Shown: positions 1 to 7,868 of the stretch, piece by piece
How positions within the stretch are numbered: the first letter of the stretch is position 1
Layout: each line of letters opens with the position of its first letter
The notes under the pieces: generated by a model
Told to the model about the DNA's origin: nothing
Database searches by the model: none
Seen by the model: the letters and a program-made list of their open reading frames with translations, nothing else
Translations under genes and position numbers: made by a program
Assembly (NCBI GenBank): GCA_045586045.1
Contig: JAZMZQ010000191.1
Span: forward strand, 1-41,774
From: Eubacteriales bacterium
Lineage (GTDB): Bacteria; Bacillota; Clostridia; Oscillospirales; QAKW01
DNA length: 41,774 nt
Reading direction: 5' to 3'

Positions 1-2
1 TG

Positions 3-188
3 GCCTGCAAGCTGGGCCGCAGCGCCAACGCCCACATCCACCTGGGCATCTGCGGCGAGCACGGCGGCGAGCCCACCAGCGTGGAGTTCTGCCACCGCAC
101 GGGCCTGGACTACGTGTCCTGCTCCCCCTTCCGCGTTCCCATCGCCCGTCTGGCCGCCGCCCAGGCTGCTATTAAGGAATCTAAGTAA
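3..188 (+). CDS. ppdK: pyruvate, phosphate dikinase, C-terminal fragment (5' end lies outside the window)
   Basis: Frame is open from the window edge and translates to ...[49 protein letters not shown], the conserved PPDK tail. GC3 is very high, unlike the next 2 kb. Confidence 0.85.
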   Translation, partial: ACKLGRSANAHIHLGICGEHGGEPTSVEFCHRTGLDYVSCSPFRVPIARLAAAQAAIKESK

Positions 189-210
189 TTAGATTTATAA
201 AGCAAAACTT

Positions 211-245
211 ATCGCCTTGCCGAGAAATCGGCAGGGCGATTTTTA
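211..245 (+). terminator. rho-independent terminator of ppdK
   Basis: ATCGCCTTGCCGA-GAAA-TCGGCAGGGCGAT forms a 13 bp stem with one G.U pair and a GAAA loop, followed by TTTT. Confidence 0.8.
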
Positions 246-254
246 TTAAACATA

Positions 255-283
255 TTGTGCTTATGGCTAATATATGACATAAT
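255..283 (+). promoter_or_regulatory. sigma-A type promoter of cassette 1
   Basis: TTGTGC, 17 nt spacer, TGaCATAAT (extended -10). Confidence 0.5.
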
Positions 284-299
284 GAACCAAATAGAATTT

Positions 300-539
300 A
301 TGGTGGTGCGAAGGTTGAATTCACACAAAAGGAAAATGATTGCTCCGATTATCATTACAGTCATTATGATACTGTATTATATTGCGTATTTCGGATTTTT
401 GATTTCTTTACTTGGTGGTTTTTGGAAATATGTTTTGGGTATTATCCCGCTTGTTTTTTCGGGAATTATGATTTATGTCTGCATAGAAAGAATAAATGAA
501 ATAAAGAAAGGTGAAGAAGATGATATTAGTAAATACTGA
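300..539 (+). CDS. small two-TM membrane protein, unknown function
   Basis: ORF 255..539. ATG codons at 300 and 336 lie downstream of the predicted promoter; the ATG at 336 has a weak AAGGA. There are two hydrophobic helices and an acidic tail. The 3' end overlaps the next gene by 20 nt. The start is uncertain. Confidence 0.5.
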   Translation: MVVRRLNSHKRKMIAPIIITVIMILYYIAYFGFLISLLGGFWKYVLGIIPLVFSGIMIYVCIERINEIKKGEEDDISKY

Positions 540-837
540 TTACATTAGTGGAAAAGAACTGGAAACCTTATCTCTTGTAAAAGGAAGTACAATCCAGTCT
601 AAAAACATTGGTAAAGATATAGCGCAAAGTTTTAAAACTTTGGTAGGCGGAGAACTCAAAGCTTATAATGAAATGATGAATGAAGCACGCGCTCTTGCAA
701 CAAAAAGAATGGTTGCGGAAGCAGAAGAATTAGGTGCAGACGCAGTCATTAACATCCGCTATGCATCTTCTGCGGTTATGCAGGGTGCCGCAGAAGTAAT
801 TGTATACGGAACAGCCGTTAAGTTTATAAATAAGTAA
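520..837 (+). CDS. YbjQ/UPF0145 (DUF74) family protein
   Basis: MILVNTDYISGKELE...GADAVINIRYASSAVMQGAAEVIVYGTAVKF matches the YbjQ-family pattern as I recall it. ATG at 520 is preceded by AAAGGTGAAG. Confidence 0.8.
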   Translation: MILVNTDYISGKELETLSLVKGSTIQSKNIGKDIAQSFKTLVGGELKAYNEMMNEARALATKRMVAEAEELGADAVINIRYASSAVMQGAAEVIVYGTAVKFINK

Positions 838-941
838 TTTCCCTCTTTTGCGTATTGCAGGACAGGCTGCTATCAAAGAAAGCAAGTAATTGCTGACTTT
901 ATAAAACAATTTATCCGCCCGAGAAATCGGGCGGATTTTTG
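838..941 (+). repeat. diverged copy B of the ppdK tail plus terminator
   Basis: Begins TTTCCCTCTTTTGCG directly after the YbjQ stop and reads [16 protein letters not shown]. This is followed by ATCCGCCCGA-GAAA-TCGGGCGGAT and TTTT (913..940). Confidence 0.8.
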
Positions 942-949
942 TATATGTA

Positions 950-978
950 TTGAATTGTTGGAATATAAATGGTATAAT
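950..978 (+). promoter_or_regulatory. sigma-A type promoter of cassette 2
   Basis: TTGAAT (950-955), 17 nt spacer, TGgTATAAT (970-978). Near consensus with an extended -10. Confidence 0.65.
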
Positions 979-1016
979 TCAACAGAAAATTAAAAAATCT
1001 GATAAAGAGGATGTTT

Positions 1017-2045
1017 ATGAAGTTTGTGAAATTACTTCCAGGAATAATATTATCTGTGGGAGTTGCAGTTTTTGCATGTTGGATTGAAAGTTTGATGCCC
1101 ATTCATTTGATTGGTGCTGCCGTAATCGCTATGTTTATAGGCATGCTCATCAATCACTTTCTAAAAAATACTAATATTTTTTCGACAGGACTTAAGTTTA
1201 CCTCCAAGAAAATATTGAAATTCGCCATTATATTGCTTGGCTTATCACTTAATATCACAACTATTCTAAAGGTGGGCAAAATGTCTCTCACGGTTATGAT
1301 ATTCACTTTGCTCACTTGTTTTGGCGGCGGATTTTTCATAGGGAAGGCATTAGGACTCAATTGGAAACTTTCCAACCTTATATCTGCTGGTACCGGTATT
1401 TGTGGTGGTTCTGCTATTGCTGCAATTGCACCGACGATTGACGCAGATGATAGTGATGTCGCTTATGCGATGTCTGCAACCTTTCTTTTTGACATGGCGA
1501 TGATTGTACTTTTCCCAATTATGGGCACAGCACTCGGTATGACCGACCAAGCATTCGGTATATGGGCAGGTACTGCAGTGAATGATACATCCTCCGTTGT
1601 TGCAACGGGCTATGCATTTTCTGAAAGTGCGGGCGACTTTGCGACAATGGTTAAACTCACAAGAACACTTGCTATTATTCCTACAGTGATCGTCTTTGCA
1701 TTTATTCAACTAAATATAAAACGCAAAGAGACGCTTGACAATAACCATAATGGAAGTGAACTTAAAACGAAGTTCAGTATCACAAAAATATTTCCTTGGT
1801 TTATTCTTGGATTCCTTGCAATGTCGGTTGTGGCAAGTGTATTTTCTATTCCTGCAGAAATTGTATCGGGAACGAAAACAATAAGTAAGTTCTTAATGGT
1901 ATGTGCCTTGGCAGCTATAGGGCTTAATACATCTTTCTCAAGTATGAAAAAAGCAGGTGTTCGCCCGATGATACATGGCTTTATTATCTCCGCATTGGTT
2001 GTTATAGTGGCGCTTGTTGTTGAAATGGCAATGGGAATTGTTTGA
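1017..2045 (+). CDS. YeiH/UPF0324 family putative sulfate-exporter-type membrane protein
   Basis: Polytopic membrane protein of about 342 aa with the GTGICGGSAIAAIAP motif typical of the YeiH family. GAGG lies 6 nt upstream of the ATG at 1017 (ORF track starts at 1011). Confidence 0.75.
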   Translation: MKFVKLLPGIILSVGVAVFACWIESLMPIHLIGAAVIAMFIGMLINHFLKNTNIFSTGLKFTSKKILKFAIILLGLSLNITTILKVGKMSLTVMIFTLLTCFGGGFFIGKALGLNWKLSNLISAGTGICGGSAIAAIAPTIDADDSDVAYAMSATFLFDMAMIVLFPIMGTALGMTDQAFGIWAGTAVNDTSSVVATGYAFSESAGDFATMVKLTRTLAIIPTVIVFAFIQLNIKRKETLDNNHNGSELKTKFSITKIFPWFILGFLAMSVVASVFSIPAEIVSGTKTISKFLMVCALAAIGLNTSFSSMKKAGVRPMIHGFIISALVVIVALVVEMAMGIV

Positions 2046-2057
2046 AAGGTTTGATAA

Positions 2058-2161
2058 TTTCCCTCTTTTGCGGATAGCACCACAGGCCGCAATTAAAGAA
2101 TCTAAGTAATTAGATTGATCAAGTAAAACGAATCCCCTCGGAGCAATCCGAGGGGATTTTT
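2058..2161 (+). repeat. diverged copy C of the ppdK tail plus terminator
   Basis: Begins TTTCCCTCTTTTGCG after the YeiH-like stop and reads [16 protein letters not shown]. This is followed by AATCCCCTCGGA-GCAA-TCCGAGGGGATT and TTT (2131..2161). Confidence 0.8.
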
Positions 2162-2216
2162 CATTACGCCTGATCAAAAAATCTGTATCTCAAAACCACT
2201 TTGTATCTTAACTCCC

Positions 2217-2244
2217 AAGGGGCGGTAAAAATTTACCGCCCCTT
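2217..2244 (-). terminator. hairpin at the end of the minus-strand dlt-like operon (probable terminator)
   Basis: AAGGGGCGGTAAA / TTTACCGCCCCTT inverted repeat lies 9 nt past the lipoprotein stop. There is no clean T-run. Confidence 0.4.
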
Positions 2245-2252
2245 AATTGAAA

Positions 2253-2750
2253 TTATTCTACAATCGCTTCGTATTGGACCGAGCTAACCGCGCCGTCCGT
2301 CAGGATGATGACAAGCTTGGAATCACCTTTTTTATAGGTATAAGAGTTCTCGCCGTTGAAGCCTTCTGCTCCGTAGGCTTTTTCTACCTCTTCTTTGGTA
2401 GAGCCGATATAGATTCCTTCTTCTGTGGAGACGGTATCGTCTGCAAACCAAAGGGTATAGACATAATCCTTATCATTTTCGGGATAGGTGGTCAGATAAA
2501 AGCCGCCGTAATAATAGGTTTTATCCAGCCCTTCAAAAGCGCAACTGGCCTCTTCCGTATAGGAAACCGGATCGCCCAGTGCGGAAAGGATGGCTGAGGC
2601 CTCTTGATTCATGGCAATCTTCGTCTCTTTTGCGGTGAAGGTATAGCCGAGATCCTTAGGCTCGGAAGAGCCGCCCTCTTCCTTTTCGCCACAGCCTGCA
2701 AGTGTAAAAAGCAGGAGCAACGCAAGCAATAAGCTGATGATTCTTTTCAT
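2253..2750 (-). CDS. lipoprotein, unknown function (last gene of the operon)
   Basis: Lipobox LFTLAGC at the N-terminus. RBS GGAGGAAAAG. Starts 14 nt after the upstream gene. Confidence 0.8.
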   Translation of the reverse strand: MKRIISLLLALLLLFTLAGCGEKEEGGSSEPKDLGYTFTAKETKIAMNQEASAILSALGDPVSYTEEASCAFEGLDKTYYYGGFYLTTYPENDKDYVYTLWFADDTVSTEEGIYIGSTKEEVEKAYGAEGFNGENSYTYKKGDSKLVIILTDGAVSSVQYEAIVE

Positions 2751-2764
2751 TTTCTTTTCCTCCG

Positions 2765-3814
2765 TTAGTTCTGACCCTTTCGGTCATAATAGATTTGGCA
2801 TTTTTTCTCCCAAGCAGCGCTGATCTTTTGATCGGCTCTGCGGTCGGGGAGATCGCAATCCTCTTTGAGAATTTTTCCGAAATAGCGGGAAAGCTTTTCG
2901 GCACCCTTTACATTGAGATGAAGCCCGCGATCATAAGTGTCGGTAGACCAATCGATGCCGATCTCCTCTTGGCAATCCAGCAAATTATAATAGCGAAGAT
3001 CATTTTCTTCGGCATAAGCCTCAATCTGCTCATCCCATTGATCCCACCAGATCGGCGAGAGAGAGGGCGCCTTGATCAGCACAAGCTCTACCCCTTTTTC
3101 TTTGCAAAGGGCAGTCATTTTATCGAGATAATACCAGCTATTCTCCCCAAAACGATAGTCTGCCAAGGGGCGCTCGGCATATTCATCGGTATAGGGCTTT
3201 ACGCCGGTCTGCATGAGATATCCGTTATCGGAAATCTGCTTTTTATGGAAAAGATAGGTGAAATCTTCTTTTGTAAGCTGAGACCAGCGGGAATGATAGC
3301 GAAGGAAGGGGAATAAATAGGTAAACATACTTTCCCGCTCTTTTTCCTCCTCTGTCATGGAAGCCTTTATGGAATTCCATTTGGAGGCAGACCATTTCAT
3401 TCCGTCGAGGGTCATGCGGTTATAGGCCTCCCGCTGCGAAGCTTTTCCGGTGCTTGCAGGGGTATCGTATTTCATGGAAAGGACATTAAACACCATGACC
3501 TTCGGAGTCTCATATTTAAGGGTTTCCTCCATCAGATAATAGGACTGCCAGATCATCTGCTGGGCGCTGCCTCTAATATATGAGGGAATCCCATACTCTT
3601 CATATAAGGTGATGGGCGAGAAATTTTCATAGACCTCGCAATCGCCCACAAAGACAACATCGTTGCCTCCTGCATTGGCATAATATTCGCCAATCAGCGC
3701 CCCTTCCGGAGAGGTCTCCATATATTTAGGGCTGAGCAATGCCTGCAAAAAGATCAGGATTGCAAGGCAGAGAGGCAATACAATGAAATAAAGCTTTGAA
3801 ATTTTCTTTTTCAC
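2765..3814 (-). CDS. membrane-anchored SGNH/DltD-AlgX-like accessory protein partnering the MBOAT
   Basis: GTG start preceded by AGGAGG. N-terminal signal anchor. VVFVGDCEVY resembles block I and YDRGLHLNVKG resembles block V. The gene sits immediately downstream of the MBOAT gene, as dltD does after dltB. The functional assignment is by context. Confidence 0.65.
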   Translation of the reverse strand: MKKKISKLYFIVLPLCLAILIFLQALLSPKYMETSPEGALIGEYYANAGGNDVVFVGDCEVYENFSPITLYEEYGIPSYIRGSAQQMIWQSYYLMEETLKYETPKVMVFNVLSMKYDTPASTGKASQREAYNRMTLDGMKWSASKWNSIKASMTEEEKERESMFTYLFPFLRYHSRWSQLTKEDFTYLFHKKQISDNGYLMQTGVKPYTDEYAERPLADYRFGENSWYYLDKMTALCKEKGVELVLIKAPSLSPIWWDQWDEQIEAYAEENDLRYYNLLDCQEEIGIDWSTDTYDRGLHLNVKGAEKLSRYFGKILKEDCDLPDRRADQKISAAWEKKCQIYYDRKGQN

Positions 3815-3823
3815 GGCTGCCTC

Positions 3824-5389
3824 CTAAAATTGATTATAGATAAAATTGCTTGCATTATAGCCGATGCCGTAGGTCCCCATCAGGAGGACAATCAGCAGCA
3901 AGGCAAAAAGCACAATCGGACGGATGATGGGATGGGCTTGCAGCCATTCTCTGACACTCCCCCGCTTCTCCTGATAAAGGCTTACAGCAAACATCAAGAG
4001 GATTCCGCCGAGCAGGATCAGATAATCTTCTAAGGAAAGGCCCAGCTTCATTAAAGTGCCGTCCCATAAAATGTGGAAATTAAATTCGGTAAAAAGCGAG
4101 CCGATGCGACTGAAATAATCCCCCACATTGGGGAAAAGATCGCAAATGCGGATCAGATTCATCAGGAAAAACATCCGGAGCATTTCAAATCCGCCATACC
4201 ATTTTTTCTCCTTCAGATGGAAGCGGCCATGGAATTTGGCATAAAGGGGCATACATTCTTCGGATAATACGATGAAGAAGCAATTCAGCAATCCCCAAAG
4301 GATAAAATTCGGAGTGATGCCATGCCAAATGCCGGTGCAGCACCATGTGATGATGGAGGCCACATAGACCGGAAGGCGCTTGCCGAAGTTTCCGAATTTT
4401 TTGCGGGCGGATTTGCTCAAGGAAAGCATCGGTTTGCAGACAGAGAGGGGATAGAAGATATAATCCTTCATCCAAACGCTCAAGGTGATATGCCATCTGC
4501 GCCAATATTCGGCAATGTTTTTTGAAAAATAGGGCCGAATAAAGTTTTCGGGGAGTTTGATACCGAGGGCCTGAGAAAGGCCGATGGTGATATCGATTCC
4601 GCCGGTAAAATCTCCATAGATCTGAACGGCATAGAAGATGGTCAGCATCAAAAAAGAAATGCCGGTATATTCCGCTCCTCTGAGGGCGATGACGCCGGCT
4701 GCAATGCGATCGGCAATGACCAGCTTCTTAAAATAGCCCCAAAGCACCCGCTGCAGACCGAAAGAGACTTCCCTTTTATCAAAGGAATGGGGCCCGTAAA
4801 GCTGCGGGGCGACCTGCCCGAATTTGCTGATCGGGCCTTGCACAAGCTGAGGAAAAAAGGATACAAATAAAGCAAAGCGGAAAATATTTTTTTCGGGCTT
4901 TGCAATCCCGCGATAGACATCGACTACATACCCTAAACTCTGGAACATATAAAAAGAGATCCCCAGAGGAAGGGCAAGGGTCAAAAAGCCTAAAGGCCCG
5001 CCCTTTGCCATGGTGCGGAAGGGCTCTGCAAGGCAACCCTTGCAGATAAAGAGGATGATAAAATTGAAAATCAGGCATAAAATAATAAAGACGCGATTTT
5101 TTGCCTTGATTTTCCCTTTATATTCTTTGCGCTCCTCTCGGGAAAGGGTGGCTTTATTTTCGGCAAGATAAGCATCCTGCTTGGCAATATTTTTACCCAT
5201 AAGAAGGGCGGCGGCATAGGTGGAAAGGGTAGTGAATAAAATGAAGCCCAAATATTCCGCACCGGCCCAAAGGTAAAAGACATAGCTGAAGATCAGCAGC
5301 GTGATCCATTGCACCTTTTTGGGGACAAGATAATAAACCACCAAAAGAAGGGCGGCAAACAGCACAAAGCTTACAGAGGTAAATTGCAT
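3824..5389 (-). CDS. MBOAT family O-acyltransferase (DltB/AlgI-like)
   Basis: 521 aa polytopic protein containing WRRWHITLSVWMKDYIFYPL and GIWHG, which are MBOAT hallmark motifs. Its start overlaps the carrier-protein stop (TAATG). Confidence 0.85.
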   Translation of the reverse strand: MQFTSVSFVLFAALLLVVYYLVPKKVQWITLLIFSYVFYLWAGAEYLGFILFTTLSTYAAALLMGKNIAKQDAYLAENKATLSREERKEYKGKIKAKNRVFIILCLIFNFIILFICKGCLAEPFRTMAKGGPLGFLTLALPLGISFYMFQSLGYVVDVYRGIAKPEKNIFRFALFVSFFPQLVQGPISKFGQVAPQLYGPHSFDKREVSFGLQRVLWGYFKKLVIADRIAAGVIALRGAEYTGISFLMLTIFYAVQIYGDFTGGIDITIGLSQALGIKLPENFIRPYFSKNIAEYWRRWHITLSVWMKDYIFYPLSVCKPMLSLSKSARKKFGNFGKRLPVYVASIITWCCTGIWHGITPNFILWGLLNCFFIVLSEECMPLYAKFHGRFHLKEKKWYGGFEMLRMFFLMNLIRICDLFPNVGDYFSRIGSLFTEFNFHILWDGTLMKLGLSLEDYLILLGGILLMFAVSLYQEKRGSVREWLQAHPIIRPIVLFALLLIVLLMGTYGIGYNASNFIYNQF

Positions 5390-5616
5390 TATTCTTCCAT
5401 CAGCCTTTCAATAAGCGCCCAAAGAGCTTTGGCGGAATTGAAGTTTTCCGGCACAAGCTCTTCGGCAGGGATCGCCACATCAAATTCAGAATCGATTTCT
5501 GCTACCAAGGTAACGATATCAAAGGAATCCAAGATCTTTCCGTCGATCAGATCGGTAGCGGTCTCAAAATCCACATCGGGATGAAGCTCTTCGAGTATTT
5601 CAATCAGTTGTTCCAT
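5389..5616 (-). CDS. D-alanyl-carrier-protein-like acyl/aminoacyl carrier protein
   Basis: 75 aa acidic protein with the phosphopantetheine-site motif GKILDSFDIVTLV. Lies 2 nt after the adenylating enzyme gene. Confidence 0.8.
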   Translation of the reverse strand: MEQLIEILEELHPDVDFETATDLIDGKILDSFDIVTLVAEIDSEFDVAIPAEELVPENFNSAKALWALIERLMEE

Positions 5617-5618
5617 AA

Positions 5619-7133
5619 TTATTCTCCTTTATACTTTTGCAAAAGACCTTTGCGGTCTATTTTACCGTTGGGGGTGAAAGGCATGGCCTCCAGCTGCTCA
5701 ATTTTATTGGGCACCATATAGCGGGGCAGCTTTTCTTTTACATAAGCGGCGATCTCTCCGGAGGGAGCCTCGCCCACATAATAAAGCACGATTTTCTTTT
5801 TCTCGTTATCAAAGATGCAGCAAGCGGTGCTGACCTGATCGTGCATATTCACAATGACCTCAATCTCGCCCAGCTCAATGCGATGGCCCATATGCTTGAT
5901 TTGATAATCCTTGCGGGACATAAAGGTCAGCTCGCCTCGATCGTTGAGCTTTCCAAGATCTCCGGTCTTATAAATCAGCTCGGGATAGAGGGAATTCAAC
6001 GGGTTTTGGACAAAGGCCTCAGCGGTTTTTTCAGGATTCTTATAATAGCCTAAGGTAAGGCGTGTCCCCCGAATGCAGATCTCGCCCTGCTCCCCTGCCT
6101 TTGCGAGCGTTCCCTCGTCGGTGAGAAGCAGAATCTCGGTATTGCTGAAGGGGCGGCCGATGGGAAGCGTCTCCTCTTCGGAGAATTCACGGTCCACTTC
6201 ATAATAGCAGCAGATTCCGGTGGTTTCGGTAGGCCCGTAGAGGTTGATAAACCGCGCATTCGGCAGATGGGCCTTCCAGATATTGAATTGCTTGATGGGG
6301 AATACCTCGCTGGCAAAGGCAATGGTATGCAGATAGCGAGGCACCACCTTATCAAAGGTGCGGAAAGCGGAGATCATCGTCAGCGCAGAGACCACCCAGC
6401 AGAGGGTGTTGATTTTATATTCATTTAAGAATTCCACCAGCTTAATGGGGAACATAAACAACTGCTTGGGGATCAGATAGGTGGTAGCCCCGTATTTCAA
6501 GGTGGGGATGATTTCCTTAAGGCAGGCATCAAAATAAAGGGGCGTTTGGTTGCCGAAAACGGAATCCTCATTGAATTTCAGCACCTTGCAAAGCTCTTCG
6601 ATATAATCGATCACAGAGCGGTGGCAAGCCATCACCCCCTTGGGGACGCCGGTGGAGCCGGAGGTGAAGACAATGTAGATCGGATCAATATCCAGCTGCT
6701 TTGCGCGAATCTCGCCAAGGAGCTGCTCGTCCGTCTCGGTATGGCAGATGTCCTCATATTTGAAGATCTCACCCTTGAAATCAAATTCTTTTGCCAAAAG
6801 ATACGTGTCCTCATCGCAGATCATCGCACCCTCATCAAGGCTGCCCAGAATCAGCTCGATGCGATGGCGGGGCATCTCATCGTCCAAAGGAATATAATAA
6901 TTGCCTCCGTAAACCGCACCGAAAAAGGCGGCGATGGTTTTGGGATGCTTCTTCATAAAGACAGAAACAGGCCGCTTATAATATCCCTTTTTGCCGAGAA
7001 AAGAGCCGATGGCTCGCGCTTGGCAGAAGGTTTGGCGGAAGGTGAGAGAATCTGCCTCGTTGGCAAAAGCCACCTTATCGGGCAGGCGGGTAACCGTCTG
7101 TTCAAGATATTCTAAAATGTTTGTCATAATCAT
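5619..7133 (-). CDS. DltA-like amino acid--carrier protein ligase (stand-alone adenylation domain)
   Basis: AMP-binding core motifs FTSGSTGVPKG, LYGPTETT, YKTGD and PNGKIDRK are present. Length is 504 aa. ATGA overlap with the racemase stop. Confidence 0.85.
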   Translation of the reverse strand: MIMTNILEYLEQTVTRLPDKVAFANEADSLTFRQTFCQARAIGSFLGKKGYYKRPVSVFMKKHPKTIAAFFGAVYGGNYYIPLDDEMPRHRIELILGSLDEGAMICDEDTYLLAKEFDFKGEIFKYEDICHTETDEQLLGEIRAKQLDIDPIYIVFTSGSTGVPKGVMACHRSVIDYIEELCKVLKFNEDSVFGNQTPLYFDACLKEIIPTLKYGATTYLIPKQLFMFPIKLVEFLNEYKINTLCWVVSALTMISAFRTFDKVVPRYLHTIAFASEVFPIKQFNIWKAHLPNARFINLYGPTETTGICCYYEVDREFSEEETLPIGRPFSNTEILLLTDEGTLAKAGEQGEICIRGTRLTLGYYKNPEKTAEAFVQNPLNSLYPELIYKTGDLGKLNDRGELTFMSRKDYQIKHMGHRIELGEIEVIVNMHDQVSTACCIFDNEKKKIVLYYVGEAPSGEIAAYVKEKLPRYMVPNKIEQLEAMPFTPNGKIDRKGLLQKYKGE

Positions 7134-7867
7134 ACCTCGGTTATAAGATTGATATATTCCGGCTTAATGGCTTTTTCGCAGCGGACCAAGGATTGCCGCG
7201 CCAAGACCTCCATTGCATCAATGAAGCCGGCGCCGATGGCATAATCCCGTTTGATCAGGGATAGCTCGGTGCAGCCCAGAATGATGGCTTGGGCGCCCTG
7301 CGCACAAAGCTCGTCCCGCACAGCAAAGAAGCGATCCATTTCAGCGGGTTTATTCGCCTTTACATTTTTATAGATCAGATGCATGACATCCGTCTGCCGC
7401 TCCTTTGACGGAACAATCGGCGTGATGCCGGCAGCCTGCAGCTCTTTGGTAAAAAGACCTGAGGTTATGGTCCCGTCTGTGGCCATAATTCCGGCAGCAG
7501 TAATTCCCTGCTCTTTTAAGTGCGCAACCGTCTCCGCAACGCCGCTGATGATGGGCAAGCCGATCCCTTCATTAAGCTGCTTGCAGAAATAATGGGCAGT
7601 GATGCAGGGAATGGCAATGTGGTCTGCTCCCTGCTCTGCCAGCGCACGGCCGATTTGGATCATGGGTGGAAGAGGGCTCTCTTTACTGTGATCTAAGATA
7701 TAGGCTGTCCGATCGGGGATGCGGGGGAAACTGTAGATGATCATATCGAGGTTTTCCTGATCGGTCTCCGCCTCGGTCATCTGAATGATGAGTTCCATGA
7801 AATGGGCGGTGGCAATCGGCCCCAAACCGCCGATAACACCCAAAACTTTTCTATTATTATCAGGCAT
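7130..7867 (-). CDS. aspartate/glutamate-family amino acid racemase
   Basis: GVIGGLGPIATAHF and ILGCTELSL are the two Cys-containing Asp_Glu_race motifs. ATG at 7867 has a GGAGAG RBS and lies 1 nt after the upstream stop (ORF track extends to 7945). Confidence 0.8.
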   Translation of the reverse strand: MPDNNRKVLGVIGGLGPIATAHFMELIIQMTEAETDQENLDMIIYSFPRIPDRTAYILDHSKESPLPPMIQIGRALAEQGADHIAIPCITAHYFCKQLNEGIGLPIISGVAETVAHLKEQGITAAGIMATDGTITSGLFTKELQAAGITPIVPSKERQTDVMHLIYKNVKANKPAEMDRFFAVRDELCAQGAQAIILGCTELSLIKRDYAIGAGFIDAMEVLARQSLVRCEKAIKPEYINLITEV

Positions 7868-7868
7868 T

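Noticed and set aside
189-2161. Integron-type gene cassette array
   Set aside because: There is no intI and no attC-like imperfect palindromes with the conserved core. In addition, each cassette has its own promoter and terminator, whereas integron cassettes are normally promoterless. The repeats are ppdK-tail mimics instead.
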